A stretch of 64,000 nucleotides of DNA from Minisyncoccota bacterium (lineage in GTDB: Bacteria; Patescibacteriota; Minisyncoccia; Phycocordibacterales; UBA2100): the NCBI GenBank assembly GCA_035708165.1, contig DASSSZ010000001.1, positions 25,772 through 89,771 of the forward strand. Reading direction: 5' to 3'. The notes under the pieces were generated by a model. The model had not been told where the DNA came from, did no database searches, and saw only the letters and a program-made list of their open reading frames with translations. Positions 1 to 10,518 of this stretch are shown here, one piece after another (positions within the stretch are counted from its first letter, which is position 1; each line of letters begins with the position of its first letter). A program made the translations under genes and the position numbers.

Positions 1-809
1 ATGACACGCAGCGCGAGGATATCGTGGATCTGCGTGATGTCCCACTTCTTCCGCTCGAGCTTGCGGAAGAGGCTGTAGATGCCTTTCTTGCGGGTCTCCA
101 TCTTGAACTTCCGGATGCCGTTCTCGGCGAGCAGCTTCTTCATGTCCTTCTCGATCTTCCCGAGGCGCTTCTCGTTCTCGACGCTGCGCTCCTTCAGCAG
201 CTCGCGCACCTGCCGGTATTCCTCCGGGTACGCGAAGGGGAAGGCATTGTCCTCGAGCTCGCGCTTGATGGCGCTCATGCCGAGGCGATCGGCGATCGGC
301 GCGTAGATCTCGAGCGTCTCGAGCGCGATCCGCTGCTGCTTCTCCTTGGGGACGAAGGCGAGCGTGCGCGTATTGTGCAGCCGGTCCATGAGCTTGATGA
401 TGAGCACGCGCAGGTCCTGCGCAGTCGCGGCGAAGAGCTTGCGGAGGCTCTCGGCGTGCCGCTCGAGCCCGTGATAGCGGATCGTACCGAGCTTGGTCAC
501 GCCATCCACGAGCTGGAAGACCTCCTCGCCGAACTGCTCGCGGATCCCCTCCTCGGTCGCGCAGCCGTCCTCGATGGTGTCATGCAGGAGGCCGGCCGCG
601 ATCGTCGTCGCGTCCATGCCGATCACGGCGAGCAGGTACGCGACTTCGGAGACGTGAGTGAAGTACGGAGCGCCCGAGTAGCGCTGCTGCTCCTTATGGG
701 CATCCTCGGAGAACGCGTACGCGCGCGCGACGAGCTCGCGCCCCGCCGCATCGTCCGGGCGCATCTGCTCTTGGATCTCTTTGAGGGTTTTCCCATTGAC
801 AGACGCCAT
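1..809 (-). CDS. RelA/SpoT family (p)ppGpp synthetase/hydrolase, N-terminal part (runs off window)
   Basis: Manual translation MASVNGK...AYAFSEDAHKEQQRYSGAPYFTH...AAGLLHDTIED matches the RelA/SpoT HD hydrolase domain; TATGAT 8 nt upstream of ATG. Confidence 0.9.
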   Translation of the reverse strand, partial: MASVNGKTLKEIQEQMRPDDAAGRELVARAYAFSEDAHKEQQRYSGAPYFTHVSEVAYLLAVIGMDATTIAAGLLHDTIEDGCATEEGIREQFGEEVFQLVDGVTKLGTIRYHGLERHAESLRKLFAATAQDLRVLIIKLMDRLHNTRTLAFVPKEKQQRIALETLEIYAPIADRLGMSAIKRELEDNAFPFAYPEEYRQVRELLKERSVENEKRLGKIEKDMKKLLAENGIRKFKMETRKKGIYSLFRKLERKKWDITQIHDILALRV

Positions 810-859
810 AGAATCCAATCATACTGCGCCGTGGTAAATGAGCAATCATGGAGATGACC

Positions 860-988
860 ATGTCAGGTACTCGGAAGCAGCCGCGGACCGATCCGAAGCC
901 GCAGACGTCGCGCAAGGAATGGCTTGCCTACTTCAGCAGCCTTTCGCAGCGAAGGCGACGTGAGGCACGGGACGCCGCTGCAGCCTGA
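860..988 (+). CDS. Putative 42-aa basic orphan peptide (MSGTRKQPRTDPKPQTSRKEWLAYFSSLSQRRRREARDAAAA)
   Basis: Below the ORF-track cutoff; TTGACA(796)-18-CATACT promoter, GGAG SD 6 nt before ATG, terminator follows. Confidence 0.4.
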   Translation: MSGTRKQPRTDPKPQTSRKEWLAYFSSLSQRRRREARDAAAA

Positions 989-1004
989 ACAAGCGATACG
1001 AACG

Positions 1005-1028
1005 AAGCCGGCAGCACTGCCGGCTTTT
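1005..1028. terminator. Intrinsic terminator hairpin between convergent genes
   Basis: AAGCCGGCAG-CA-CTGCCGGCTT followed by TT. Confidence 0.65.
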
Positions 1029-1068
1029 GCATATGGAGATGCCCGTCGCGCCCTCGATCGATTGCTCC

Positions 1069-3249
1069 TCACTTCGCTTTCCCAAGCTTATGCGGGTTGT
1101 GCATCGGGCATTCCTTGTTCGAGCAGCGTTCCGGAATGGTCTTCGTGCCTTCCATCATGAGCGAGCCGCAGAGCGTGCAGATATTGCCGGTCGGGCGCGC
1201 TTTCATGGTGAACTTGCAGTCAGGGTAGTTCGAGCATGCGTAGAAGGGGCCGAAGCGGCCATGCTTCTCCACGATCTCGCCCTTATTGCAGACGATGCAG
1301 GTCACGCCCGTGCCGTTCTGCGATTCATCGCGCTTCACGTACTTGCACTTGGGGTAATTAGAGCAGGCGATGAACATGCCGAAGCGGCCTTCGCGCTGGA
1401 TCAGCGGCTTGCCGCACTCGGGGCACGGCTCATCGAGCTCCTTCGGGGGCTCGATCACCGAGCCGTCCTCCTTGCGCGCGCCGGCGCACTCAGGGAAGCG
1501 CGCGCAGCTCATGAACCTGCCGTTCTTGCCGAGCTTCCAGACCATATCGCTGCCGCACTCGGGGCACTTGAATTCCGCGGGGACAGGCCCGAGGTTGGTG
1601 AGCTTCTCGATCCCGTCCTTCGACTTCACCTCCTTGTGGAACGGCTTCCAGAACTCGGCGAGCGTTTTCTCGTAGCCGCGCTTGCCCTCGGCGATCTCGT
1701 CGAGCTCATCCTCCATCTCGGAGGTGAACGAGTCGCTGATGTAGTCGCCGAAGTACTTCTCGACGAAGCTCGAGACGACGTCGCCCATGTCCGTGGGGAT
1801 GAGCGTGCGGCCTTCCTTCGTGACGTACCCGCGGTCGGCGAGCGTCTTCATGATGGACGCGTACGTGGACGGACGGCCGATGCCGCGCTTCTCGAGCTCT
1901 TTCACCAGGCCGGCTTCGGAGTAGCGGGAAGGCGGCTGTGTTTGCTTCGCCTCGCTTGCGGCGGAGATGAGCGTGAGGGGATCGTTCGCAGCGACCTTCG
2001 GGAGCTCGACTTCCTCGCCGCGCGCCGCCGGGTCGGCCGCGAGCCAGCCGTCGAAGATGATGCGCGAGCCGTTCGCTGTGAACGCCGGGATGGCCGCATC
2101 CTCGACGCGCGCGACGATCTTCGTGCGCATGACCTTCGCATCAGCCATCTGGCTCGCGAGCGTGCGGGCGCGGATGAGGCGATAGAGCTTCTTCTGCTCC
2201 TCGGTGGTCCCGGCGACGGCCTTGCGCGCGTCCGTGGGGCGGATCGCCTCGTGCGCTTCCTGCGCGGACTTGCTGCGCGTCTTATGCTGGCGCGGGGCGG
2301 CGTAGGCATCGCCGAACTCCGACGCGATCACGCCGGTGATCTGCTGCTGTGCCTGCGAGGAGAGCGTGGTCGAGTCCGTGCGCATGTAGGTGATGTGCCC
2401 GGCTTCGTAGAGCTTCTGCGCGATGCGCATCGTATTGGATGGCGAGTAGCCGAGGCGCGTCGAGGCGGCCTGCTGGAGGGTTGAGGTGGTGAACGGCGCG
2501 CGAGCGGCGCGCTTCTGCTCGCTTTCCTCGAGCGCTTCCACGTGCCACGCCTGCGACTGCGCCGCAGCGAGGATCTTCTCCGCCTCAACGGCGCTGCGCG
2601 GCTCATCGGTGCAGGTGGTGTTGATCGTGCTGCCGTCCTTCGTTCTGAGATCGGCCGTGATGACCCAGTAATCCTCCGGCACGAACGCGCGGATCTCGCG
2701 CTCGCGCTCCATGAGGATACGCAGCGCCGGGGACTGTACGCGGCCGGCAGAGAGCCCGTAGCGGACCTTCTTCCAGATGAGGCCCGAGAGGTCGTAGCCG
2801 AAGAGGCGGTCGAGGACGCGGCGCGCCTCCTGCGCATGGCGCAGGTTCTCGTCGATCGTGCGCGGATGCTTGAGCGCTTCCTGGATCGCGGACTCCGTGA
2901 TCTCATGGAACGCGATGCGCTTCGGGTGCTTCAGAGCGAGCGCCTGCGAGAGGTGCCAGGCGATCGCCTCTCCCTCGCGGTCGGGGTCCGTCGCGAGGAT
3001 CACCTCCTTCGAATCATGCGCGAGCTCCGCGAGGTCGTGCACGACCTTCTCCTTTCCTTTCACGATCTGGTAGTGCGGCACGAAGCCGCCCTCGATATCG
3101 ACGGCGTCCTTATTGCTCTTCGGCAAGTCGCGGACGTGACCCACCGACGCCCGGACGATGTAGCCATCGCCGAGGTACTTCTCGATGGTCTTCGCCTTCG
3201 CGGGCGACTCCACGATGACCAGCGTCTCCTTTGTATTCTTCGAAGCCAT
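1069..3249 (-). CDS. topA: DNA topoisomerase I with C-terminal C4 zinc ribbons
   Basis: VIVESPAKAKTI TOPRIM, ATDPDREGE, SAGRVQS, ITYMRTDS active site, CPECG/ACSNYP repeats; start set by CATAAT 8 nt upstream (alternative 3255). Confidence 0.97.
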   Translation of the reverse strand: MASKNTKETLVIVESPAKAKTIEKYLGDGYIVRASVGHVRDLPKSNKDAVDIEGGFVPHYQIVKGKEKVVHDLAELAHDSKEVILATDPDREGEAIAWHLSQALALKHPKRIAFHEITESAIQEALKHPRTIDENLRHAQEARRVLDRLFGYDLSGLIWKKVRYGLSAGRVQSPALRILMEREREIRAFVPEDYWVITADLRTKDGSTINTTCTDEPRSAVEAEKILAAAQSQAWHVEALEESEQKRAARAPFTTSTLQQAASTRLGYSPSNTMRIAQKLYEAGHITYMRTDSTTLSSQAQQQITGVIASEFGDAYAAPRQHKTRSKSAQEAHEAIRPTDARKAVAGTTEEQKKLYRLIRARTLASQMADAKVMRTKIVARVEDAAIPAFTANGSRIIFDGWLAADPAARGEEVELPKVAANDPLTLISAASEAKQTQPPSRYSEAGLVKELEKRGIGRPSTYASIMKTLADRGYVTKEGRTLIPTDMGDVVSSFVEKYFGDYISDSFTSEMEDELDEIAEGKRGYEKTLAEFWKPFHKEVKSKDGIEKLTNLGPVPAEFKCPECGSDMVWKLGKNGRFMSCARFPECAGARKEDGSVIEPPKELDEPCPECGKPLIQREGRFGMFIACSNYPKCKYVKRDESQNGTGVTCIVCNKGEIVEKHGRFGPFYACSNYPDCKFTMKARPTGNICTLCGSLMMEGTKTIPERCSNKECPMHNPHKLGKAK

Positions 3250-3361
3250 GCTCATCTATTATGTGCGCCTGGGGCGTACGAATCCCTTAGATACTACAGG
3301 AGTGCCAGGGAATGCAAGCATGACGCTGCTGTGCATAGGATGAAAAGAGGGAAGAATCGGC

Positions 3362-4225
3362 TCAGCGCAAGGCTCGGATCATGCCGGCGTCTTCGGCGAG
3401 CAGGCCTGCGAGCTCGAGGCGCGAGAGGAGCGCGCCGGCATCTGCGGCGCTCATGCCGAGCGCGCGTATGAGCTCGTCGCGCGGGAGGGGCTCGCGCAGG
3501 ATCGCGAGCACGCGCGCCTCGGACGGGTCGAGCCCTTCGGCATGCGCGAGCGGGATCGCCGGCTGCGCATCGATCCCGAGCGCGTCGAGGATATCGGCGG
3601 CGCTGCCGATCGGCGTCGCGCCGTGCCGCAGGTAGCGGTGCACGCCCTTGCTGGTCTCGCTGAAGATGGATCCGGGCACGGCCAGGACGTCGCGGTTGTA
3701 ATCAGCGGCCAGCCGCGCCGTCACGAGCGTGCCGCTCTTCTCGGCGGCCTCGATGATGAGCGTGGCATGGGCGATCCCTGCCATGAGGCGGTTGCGCCTG
3801 AGGAAGCTCCACTTCTGCGCGCGGAAGCCCGGCTCGTACTCGGAAAGGTGCGCGCCGCCCGCCGCGATGATGCGGCGTGCGAGCGAGACGTTCGTGCGCG
3901 GATAGAGCACGCGCCACTCGAGGCCCGAGCCGGGGATCGCGACGGTCGGGATCCCTGCGCGGAGGGCCGCTTCATGCGCGAGCGCGTCGATCCCGAGGGC
4001 TAGCCCGCTCACGATCACGACGGGTGCGCCGGCGAGCCCCGCGATGAGGTGCTCCACGGCCTGCTTGCCGTATGGCGTGTAGGCGCGCGTCCCGACGACG
4101 GTGAGCCATGCGCGCTCGGGCGAGGGGAGGCTACCGCGCAGCCAGAGCCGCGCAGGCGGCTCTGGAATCTCGGCGAGCAGCGGAGGGAACGCATCGGGGC
4201 CGAGCTCCCGGATGTCGTCATCCAT
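3362..4225 (-). CDS. dprA: DNA-processing protein DprA
   Basis: VVGTR, IVSGLALGID, FLRRNRLMAG, EAAEKSGTLVTA, VPGSIFS, C-terminal winged helix; true start MDDDIREL lies inside the 854-aa track ORF. Confidence 0.95.
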   Translation of the reverse strand: MDDDIRELGPDAFPPLLAEIPEPPARLWLRGSLPSPERAWLTVVGTRAYTPYGKQAVEHLIAGLAGAPVVIVSGLALGIDALAHEAALRAGIPTVAIPGSGLEWRVLYPRTNVSLARRIIAAGGAHLSEYEPGFRAQKWSFLRRNRLMAGIAHATLIIEAAEKSGTLVTARLAADYNRDVLAVPGSIFSETSKGVHRYLRHGATPIGSAADILDALGIDAQPAIPLAHAEGLDPSEARVLAILREPLPRDELIRALGMSAADAGALLSRLELAGLLAEDAGMIRALR

Positions 4226-4303
4226 ACGTAGAGGGTAGCACGCTTGCGCGAGCCGTCCTTGTTGCGTATCGTGACGCCAGCAAGAACGACAGAGGAGACC
4301 CGC

Positions 4304-4498
4304 ATGGCATACGACGTCTTCGGCGATCGGGAGCGCGCCGTCTTCCTGCTCACTCCGTACCTGCTGCATATCATCGCGGCAGTGCACCTCGCCGGCTTCG
4401 ATTCCGCACAGGGGATCGATACCCGAGCGCCCCGCGGCGGCTCGCTTGCGCACGCGCGCTGGAAGCGGCGCCGTTCGTGCGGCAAGGCACGCAGGTGA
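4304..4498 (+). CDS. Orphan 64-aa protein
   Basis: TTGCGC-17-TATCGT promoter, GAGGAG SD, terminator immediately after the stop. Confidence 0.5.
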   Translation: MAYDVFGDRERAVFLLTPYLLHIIAAVHLAGFDSAQGIDTRAPRGGSLAHARWKRRRSCGKARR

Positions 4499-4499
4499 C

Positions 4500-4531
4500 A
4501 CGAGCCGGCCCCTCGGGCCGGCTCGTCTTTT
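4500..4531 (+). terminator. Intrinsic terminator
   Basis: ACGAGCCGGCCC-CTC-GGGCCGGCTCGT-CTTTT. Confidence 0.75.
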
Positions 4532-4558
4532 CATGAAGAGAGGGTATAATCGGGTGCA

Positions 4559-5824
4559 ATGCTCGACATCAAATTCATCCGCGAGAATAAGGATATTGTC
4601 GCGGCGGGCGCGAAGAAGAAGCATGTCGAGGTTGACCTCGACCGCCTGCTCGCGCTCGATGACGAGCGCCGCGAGCTCCTCGCGTCTATCGAGGCGAAGC
4701 GCGCGCTCCAGAACGAGGCGTCGCAGAAGATCGGAGCGGAGCAGGATGCGGCACGGAAGCAGGAGATCATCGCGTCCGTCGCAGGCATCAAGGATGAGCT
4801 GAAGCAGAAGGAGGATGCGCTCAAGAACGTCATGGACGAATGGCGCGGGCTCATGGTGCAGGTGCCGAACGTCCCGGATATCTCCGTGCCGGACGGCGAT
4901 AGCGATGCGGATAACCGCGAGGTGAAAGTCTGGGGCGAGAAGACCGCGTTCAGCTTCGAGCCGAAGAGCCATATCGACCTGATGCTCAAGCACGACATGG
5001 CCGACTTCGAGCGCGGCAGCAAGGTCGCCGGCTTCCGCGGCTACTTCCTCAAGAACGACGGCGCGCGCCTCTCGTGGGCGATCTGGCGCTACGCCGAGCA
5101 ATTCTTCCTCGGCAAGGAGTTCACGCCCATGATCGTGCCGTCCTTGGTGCGCCGCGAAGCGTTCATCGGGACCGGCTACCTCCCGCAGTCCGAAGAGGAT
5201 CTCTATAAGACGCAGGATGGCGATTTCCTCTCCGGTACGGCCGAAGTCGCCACTATGGCGTACTACATGGACGAGACGCTCGAGAAGGCGCAGCTGCCGA
5301 CCAAGTTCCTCTCGTTCAGCCCGTGCTTCAGGCGCGAGGCGGGCGCGCACGGCAAGGACACGCGCGGCCTGATCCGCGTGCACGAATTCTTCAAATGGGA
5401 GCAGGTGATCCTGTGCGAAGCGTCCCACGAGGAGTCTGCCAAATGGCACGAGTGGCTCAATCGCAATACCGAGGAGTTCATCGAGTCGCTCGGCATCCCG
5501 TACCACACCGTTGCGAACTGCGGGGGAGACTTGGGGCTCGGCCAGGTGAAGAAGTACGACATCGAGCTGTGGGTGCCAGGCGAGCAGACGTATCGCGAGA
5601 TCAGCTCGGCCTCGTATTTCCATGATTTCCAGACGCGCCGCCTCAACCTTCGCTACAAGGATGACGACGGGACGCTCAAGTTCGCTCACTCGCTCAATTC
5701 GACCGCGACGCCGACGCCGCGCATCCTCGTCTCGCTCATCGAGAATTTCCAGGAGGCTGATGGCAGCATCCGCATCCCGGAGGCCCTGCGCCCCCTGATG
5801 GGGAAAGACGTGATCGGGAAGTAG
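4559..5824 (+). CDS. serS: Serine--tRNA ligase
   Basis: MLDIKFIREN, coiled-coil arm, GTAEV, FRREAG, RVHEF, YREISSAS, HSLNST. Confidence 0.98.
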   Translation: MLDIKFIRENKDIVAAGAKKKHVEVDLDRLLALDDERRELLASIEAKRALQNEASQKIGAEQDAARKQEIIASVAGIKDELKQKEDALKNVMDEWRGLMVQVPNVPDISVPDGDSDADNREVKVWGEKTAFSFEPKSHIDLMLKHDMADFERGSKVAGFRGYFLKNDGARLSWAIWRYAEQFFLGKEFTPMIVPSLVRREAFIGTGYLPQSEEDLYKTQDGDFLSGTAEVATMAYYMDETLEKAQLPTKFLSFSPCFRREAGAHGKDTRGLIRVHEFFKWEQVILCEASHEESAKWHEWLNRNTEEFIESLGIPYHTVANCGGDLGLGQVKKYDIELWVPGEQTYREISSASYFHDFQTRRLNLRYKDDDGTLKFAHSLNSTATPTPRILVSLIENFQEADGSIRIPEALRPLMGKDVIGK

Positions 5825-5825
5825 T

Positions 5826-6716
5826 ATGCCGAACCGCGTACGCGTGCGTCGGAGTGCGCCGAGGCGGCCGCTCGCCGAGCATGGCCGCGTGCGGCTCGCG
5901 CAGCGCCGCAAGCGCATCCGGATCATCCTTTCCTGCGTTGCCGGCGTGCTCGTACTGGCGCTCCTGTGCGGCGCCGCCTACGCCACGCACCTGCCCGCAT
6001 TCACTATCGGCGCGATCGAGGTCACGGGCGCGCACGAGATCGCGCCGTCGCTCATCCAGAAATTCGTCGCGCAGGATCTCGATGACGGCCATCTGCACCT
6101 GCTCGACCCGACGGATGAATTTCTCTATCCGAAGGACCGGATCGAAGCGGACATGCTCGCGGAATTCCCGCGGCTCGCGACGGTCACGCTCTCCACGGCG
6201 CCGCTCCTGCACCCGACGCTCACCGTGCACGTGACCGAACGGCAGGCTGTGGGCCTCTGGTGCGAAGGCGGCCTCGGCGCAAGCGTCTCTACGAGCACGC
6301 AGCCGGCACCGTGCTACTACCTGGATGGCACCGGCGATATCTACGCCGCCGCCGATGAGTACGCGGAGTACGTCATCTACGAAGGCGGTTCGCCGGCATC
6401 CGCGACAGGGACGCCGGTCGCGAGCAGATACCTGCCCGGGATATTCCCGGGCATCGGGGAGCTCGTGGATGCGCTCAGCCATGCCGGCTACGACGTGCGC
6501 ATCCTCGACGCAGAGAGCTCGACGGACTACGCGGTCCTGCTCGCCAACGGGCTTCTGGTGAAGGCGACGTTCGCGCAGGATCCGCTCGATGTCGTCGCTG
6601 ATCTCGAAGCGGCGCTCTCGGCTCAATCGATCGCAGGCAGGGAGGACGAGCTGCAGTACCTCGATCTGCGATTCCCGGGACGCGCATACTACCGGTTCAA
6701 AGGGGACGCGCAGTAG
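5826..6716 (+). CDS. Cell division protein FtsQ/DivIB-like
   Basis: Basic N-terminus, one TM helix, POTRA-like IEVTG...VHVTER, C-terminal YLDLRF. Confidence 0.7.
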   Translation: MPNRVRVRRSAPRRPLAEHGRVRLAQRRKRIRIILSCVAGVLVLALLCGAAYATHLPAFTIGAIEVTGAHEIAPSLIQKFVAQDLDDGHLHLLDPTDEFLYPKDRIEADMLAEFPRLATVTLSTAPLLHPTLTVHVTERQAVGLWCEGGLGASVSTSTQPAPCYYLDGTGDIYAAADEYAEYVIYEGGSPASATGTPVASRYLPGIFPGIGELVDALSHAGYDVRILDAESSTDYAVLLANGLLVKATFAQDPLDVVADLEAALSAQSIAGREDELQYLDLRFPGRAYYRFKGDAQ

Positions 6717-6768
6717 GCGAAGGATCGCGGTGCGCGGCTGCTTCTGCGGGGAGCAAGAGAGCGGGATG

Positions 6769-6951
6769 CTAGCGCATCCCGCTCGGGTCGTATGGCGGCC
6801 GGCCCCTGAGCCGCCCCACCAATCCTCTGAAGAAATTCCAGAACTGCGAATCCGCTTTCGGATCATTCATCCACGCGTAGCGCTCGCGCGCATGGCGATC
6901 TACTTCGTCGAAGAATTGCCGATACGGGTCGTTCCTCTCGCGCGAAGGCAT
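6769..6951 (-). CDS. Orphan 60-aa protein (MPSRERNDPYRQFF...)
   Basis: AAAGGAG SD; TTGACA promoter overlapping the divergent dus promoter. Confidence 0.5.
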   Translation of the reverse strand: MPSRERNDPYRQFFDEVDRHARERYAWMNDPKADSQFWNFFRGLVGRLRGRPPYDPSGMR

Positions 6952-7006
6952 CTCTCCGATCTCCTTTCTGTTGACAGTACACGCCCGCCCGGTAGAGTTG
7001 TCAAAC

Positions 7007-8128
7007 ATGGCTGCCGATACGTCATTCTGGGATACGCTGCCGCGTCCGTACTTCTCGCTCGCTCCGATGGAGGATGTCACCGATGCCGCATTCCGGCATA
7101 TCATCGCGAGCAAAGGAAAGCCGGACGTCTTCTTCACCGAGTTCACCTCGGCGGATGGCTTGGTGCTCGCGCCGCCGGAAGGCCACGCGCGGCTCGCGCG
7201 CAAGCTCATCTTCGGCGCGGATGAACACCGGATCGTCGCGCAGCTCTTCACGGCGGTGCCCGCGCACATGGAAGAGGCTGCCGCAATGTGCCGCGAGCTC
7301 GGCTTCGACGGCATCGATATCAACATGGGCTGCCCTGACAAGGCGATCGAGAAGACCGGCTGCGGCTCGGCGATGATACGGACGCCTGCGCTCGCGAAGG
7401 AGATCATCCGCGCGGCCAAGCGAGGGGCCAAGGATATCCCGGTCTCCGCGAAGACACGCATCGGCTATCGCGAGAACGAGCTCCCGTCATGGCTACCTGC
7501 GCTCCTCGAGGAGGAGCCGGCGAACGTCACGATCCATGCGCGGACCCGCGCGCAGATGTCGAAGGTGCCTGCGCAGTGGGAGCGGATCGCCGAAGCGGTC
7601 GCGATCCGCGACCGGATGGGCAGCCGCGTCCCGATCGCGGGCAACGGCGATGTCGCTGATCTTGCAGACGCGCGCGCGAAGGCTGCGGCAGCCGGATGCG
7701 ACGGGGTGATGCTGGGTCGCGCCATCTTCGGCAATCCGTGGCTCTTCTACGGCCTTCAGGAGCGGCGTGCCGCTTCGTCGCAGCGCGATGCCCCGGCCGG
7801 AGACGCACCGGAGCGTGCGGCGGAAGGCATCGCGCCGGCTGCGCTTCGCACCGCGTCCCTTCCTGAAGGCCTCGGCACGCATCCCGACCTGCTATGGGAT
7901 CCGTACGTCCCGAGCGCGCGCGAGCGCATCGAGGCCCTGATCGCGCATATCGAGGCGTTCGACCGGCTGCTCACGGGCTATACCTCCTTCGCCGTGATGA
8001 AGAAGCATTTCAAGGCGTATATCAATGGATGGGATCACGCGAGCGACCTGCGCGCGCGGCTGATGGAGACGACGGCCCCCGCTGAGGCGATCGCCATCCT
8101 CACGGATGCGCTCGACAGCGTCCGCTAG
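7007..8128 (+). CDS. tRNA-dihydrouridine synthase
   Basis: LAPMEDVTD, FTEF, GIDINMGCP, TIHART, GNGDV, DGVMLGRAIFGNPW; extra ~40-aa linker insertion. Confidence 0.95.
   Translation: MAADTSFWDTLPRPYFSLAPMEDVTDAAFRHIIASKGKPDVFFTEFTSADGLVLAPPEGHARLARKLIFGADEHRIVAQLFTAVPAHMEEAAAMCRELGFDGIDINMGCPDKAIEKTGCGSAMIRTPALAKEIIRAAKRGAKDIPVSAKTRIGYRENELPSWLPALLEEEPANVTIHARTRAQMSKVPAQWERIAEAVAIRDRMGSRVPIAGNGDVADLADARAKAAAAGCDGVMLGRAIFGNPWLFYGLQERRAASSQRDAPAGDAPERAAEGIAPAALRTASLPEGLGTHPDLLWDPYVPSARERIEALIAHIEAFDRLLTGYTSFAVMKKHFKAYINGWDHASDLRARLMETTAPAEAIAILTDALDSVR
7751..7871. repeat. 121-bp palindromic element read in-frame within dus
   Basis: Terminal IR GGCCTTCAGGA/TCCTGAAGGCC (11 bp, perfect) and inner IR GCGCGATGCC/GGCATCGCGC (10 bp). 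Confidence 0.6.
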
Positions 8129-8476
8129 GCGAGTACACTGGGGACCGGCCATAACGAACGAGGTCTGAGAGTGCCTGATTCGCGAATTTCCGCGCCATTC
8201 TTCCTGTGCGATCGCTTCAAGGAGAATCCGCCCTTCGGCGTCATCGAGCCTGCAGGCGCGCCAGTGCATGCAAGCGCCGCTGCGACGAACGGCTCGCGCC
8301 ATCTCATGAAGCGCCGACCGAAGCCGCCCAAGCATCCGACGCATATCCGGTACGGGATGCCGTACTGACCGTTCCTGTCCTTTCCTGCGCGCGGCCTATG
8401 AGCCGCGCGTTTCATATGGACAGGGGGCGGGAGCTGCGCGTAGACTTATCGGCAGTCAGTTCCATAGGAGATCCTG

Positions 8477-9079
8477 ATGACGTGCGAGCAGGTGCCGCTC
8501 GACCAGCTGCGGCACTTCGTGCGGCAGAGCAATGCCATCGAGGGCTACGGCGCTCTCGGCTTCTTCCTCGCGGAACGCTTCCGCGACCCGGCAGTCGAGG
8601 CGCGCTACTTCGACGGGCATATGGCGGCGGCGCGCATGGTCGCCGCCGATCCGAGGAGCGCGCTTCGCGATCCACGGATCATTCACCGCATCCTCTATCG
8701 CGAACTCGGAAAGAAGGCAGGGACCTATCGCACGACCGAGCTCATGCGCGTCGGGGAGCGGATCATGCCGCACCCGCAGCATGTCGCTGCGCTCATGGAG
8801 CAGTGGGTGTGCGCAGCAACGGCGCCGTGCCCGTGCGCGTCCGATCCTGCCGAGGCTGCGGGCTACGCGCTGATGCTGCACAATGCGTTTCTGTGCATCC
8901 ACCCGTTCGTAGACGGCAACGGGCGCACGGCGCGGCTCCTCCTCAATGCGCTGCGACTCACCTACGGCGCCCCCTGGATCACGATCTATGCCGGGAACGA
9001 GGCATATTACGCACAGCTCGAGCGCTTCGAGGATGAGGTCTTCCGTCCGCAGTATGCGGATACGTATCCGAGCGAATAG
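8477..9079 (+). CDS. Fic family protein
   Basis: Canonical HPFVDGNGRTAR motif; N-terminal SNAIEG inhibitory motif; AGGAG SD. Confidence 0.93.
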   Translation: MTCEQVPLDQLRHFVRQSNAIEGYGALGFFLAERFRDPAVEARYFDGHMAAARMVAADPRSALRDPRIIHRILYRELGKKAGTYRTTELMRVGERIMPHPQHVAALMEQWVCAATAPCPCASDPAEAAGYALMLHNAFLCIHPFVDGNGRTARLLLNALRLTYGAPWITIYAGNEAYYAQLERFEDEVFRPQYADTYPSE

Positions 9080-9180
9080 TGCGCGGCCCACGGGCCGCGC
9101 ATGTGTTGTTATCCCTGCTGTCCTCTGGACGCGCAGCTGCAGGGAGCTATCATGGACGCAGCGAGCGATAGGGGGAATGA

Positions 9181-9396
9181 ATGACGCTATGCCCGACATC
9201 CGAGCACGAACCGCTCTCGAAACGGCTCGGCCAGCTCATCAGCCAGCTCAAGGCTGAGCAGCCGCCGCGCACGATCACCGAGCGCGACATGATGAACCTC
9301 GTCGGCGCGAACATCGTCACTATCAGGATCAAATGCCTGCATGACGATTCGCTCCAAACGGCATGGGAGATGCTCAAGCCGTATATCGCGTTCTGA
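9181..9396 (+). CDS. Orphan 71-aa protein
   Basis: GGGGGA SD-like, upstream TATCAT -10, fills the intergenic gap. Confidence 0.5.
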   Translation: MTLCPTSEHEPLSKRLGQLISQLKAEQPPRTITERDMMNLVGANIVTIRIKCLHDDSLQTAWEMLKPYIAF

Positions 9397-9442
9397 TTGC
9401 GCGGCCCTGCGGGGCCGCATCTTTTTGCTATACTGTCGCCAT

Positions 9443-10516
<1,074 letters not shown>

Positions 10517-10518
10517 CC

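Noticed and set aside
4499-4558. T-box or attenuator upstream of serS (and tyrS)
   Set aside because: The hairpin is the terminator of the upstream orphan, and the -10 box lies after it, 8-9 nt from the ATG
3362-5926. 854-aa minus-strand ORF suggesting a DprA fusion
   Set aside because: The N-terminal 567 codons are mostly the antisense shadow of serS; DprA motifs begin at 4225 with its own -10 box
8125-8415. Competing small ORFs (8171-8368 + and 8125-8415 -)
   Set aside because: Neither has a motif or clear promoter support, so neither is listed as a feature
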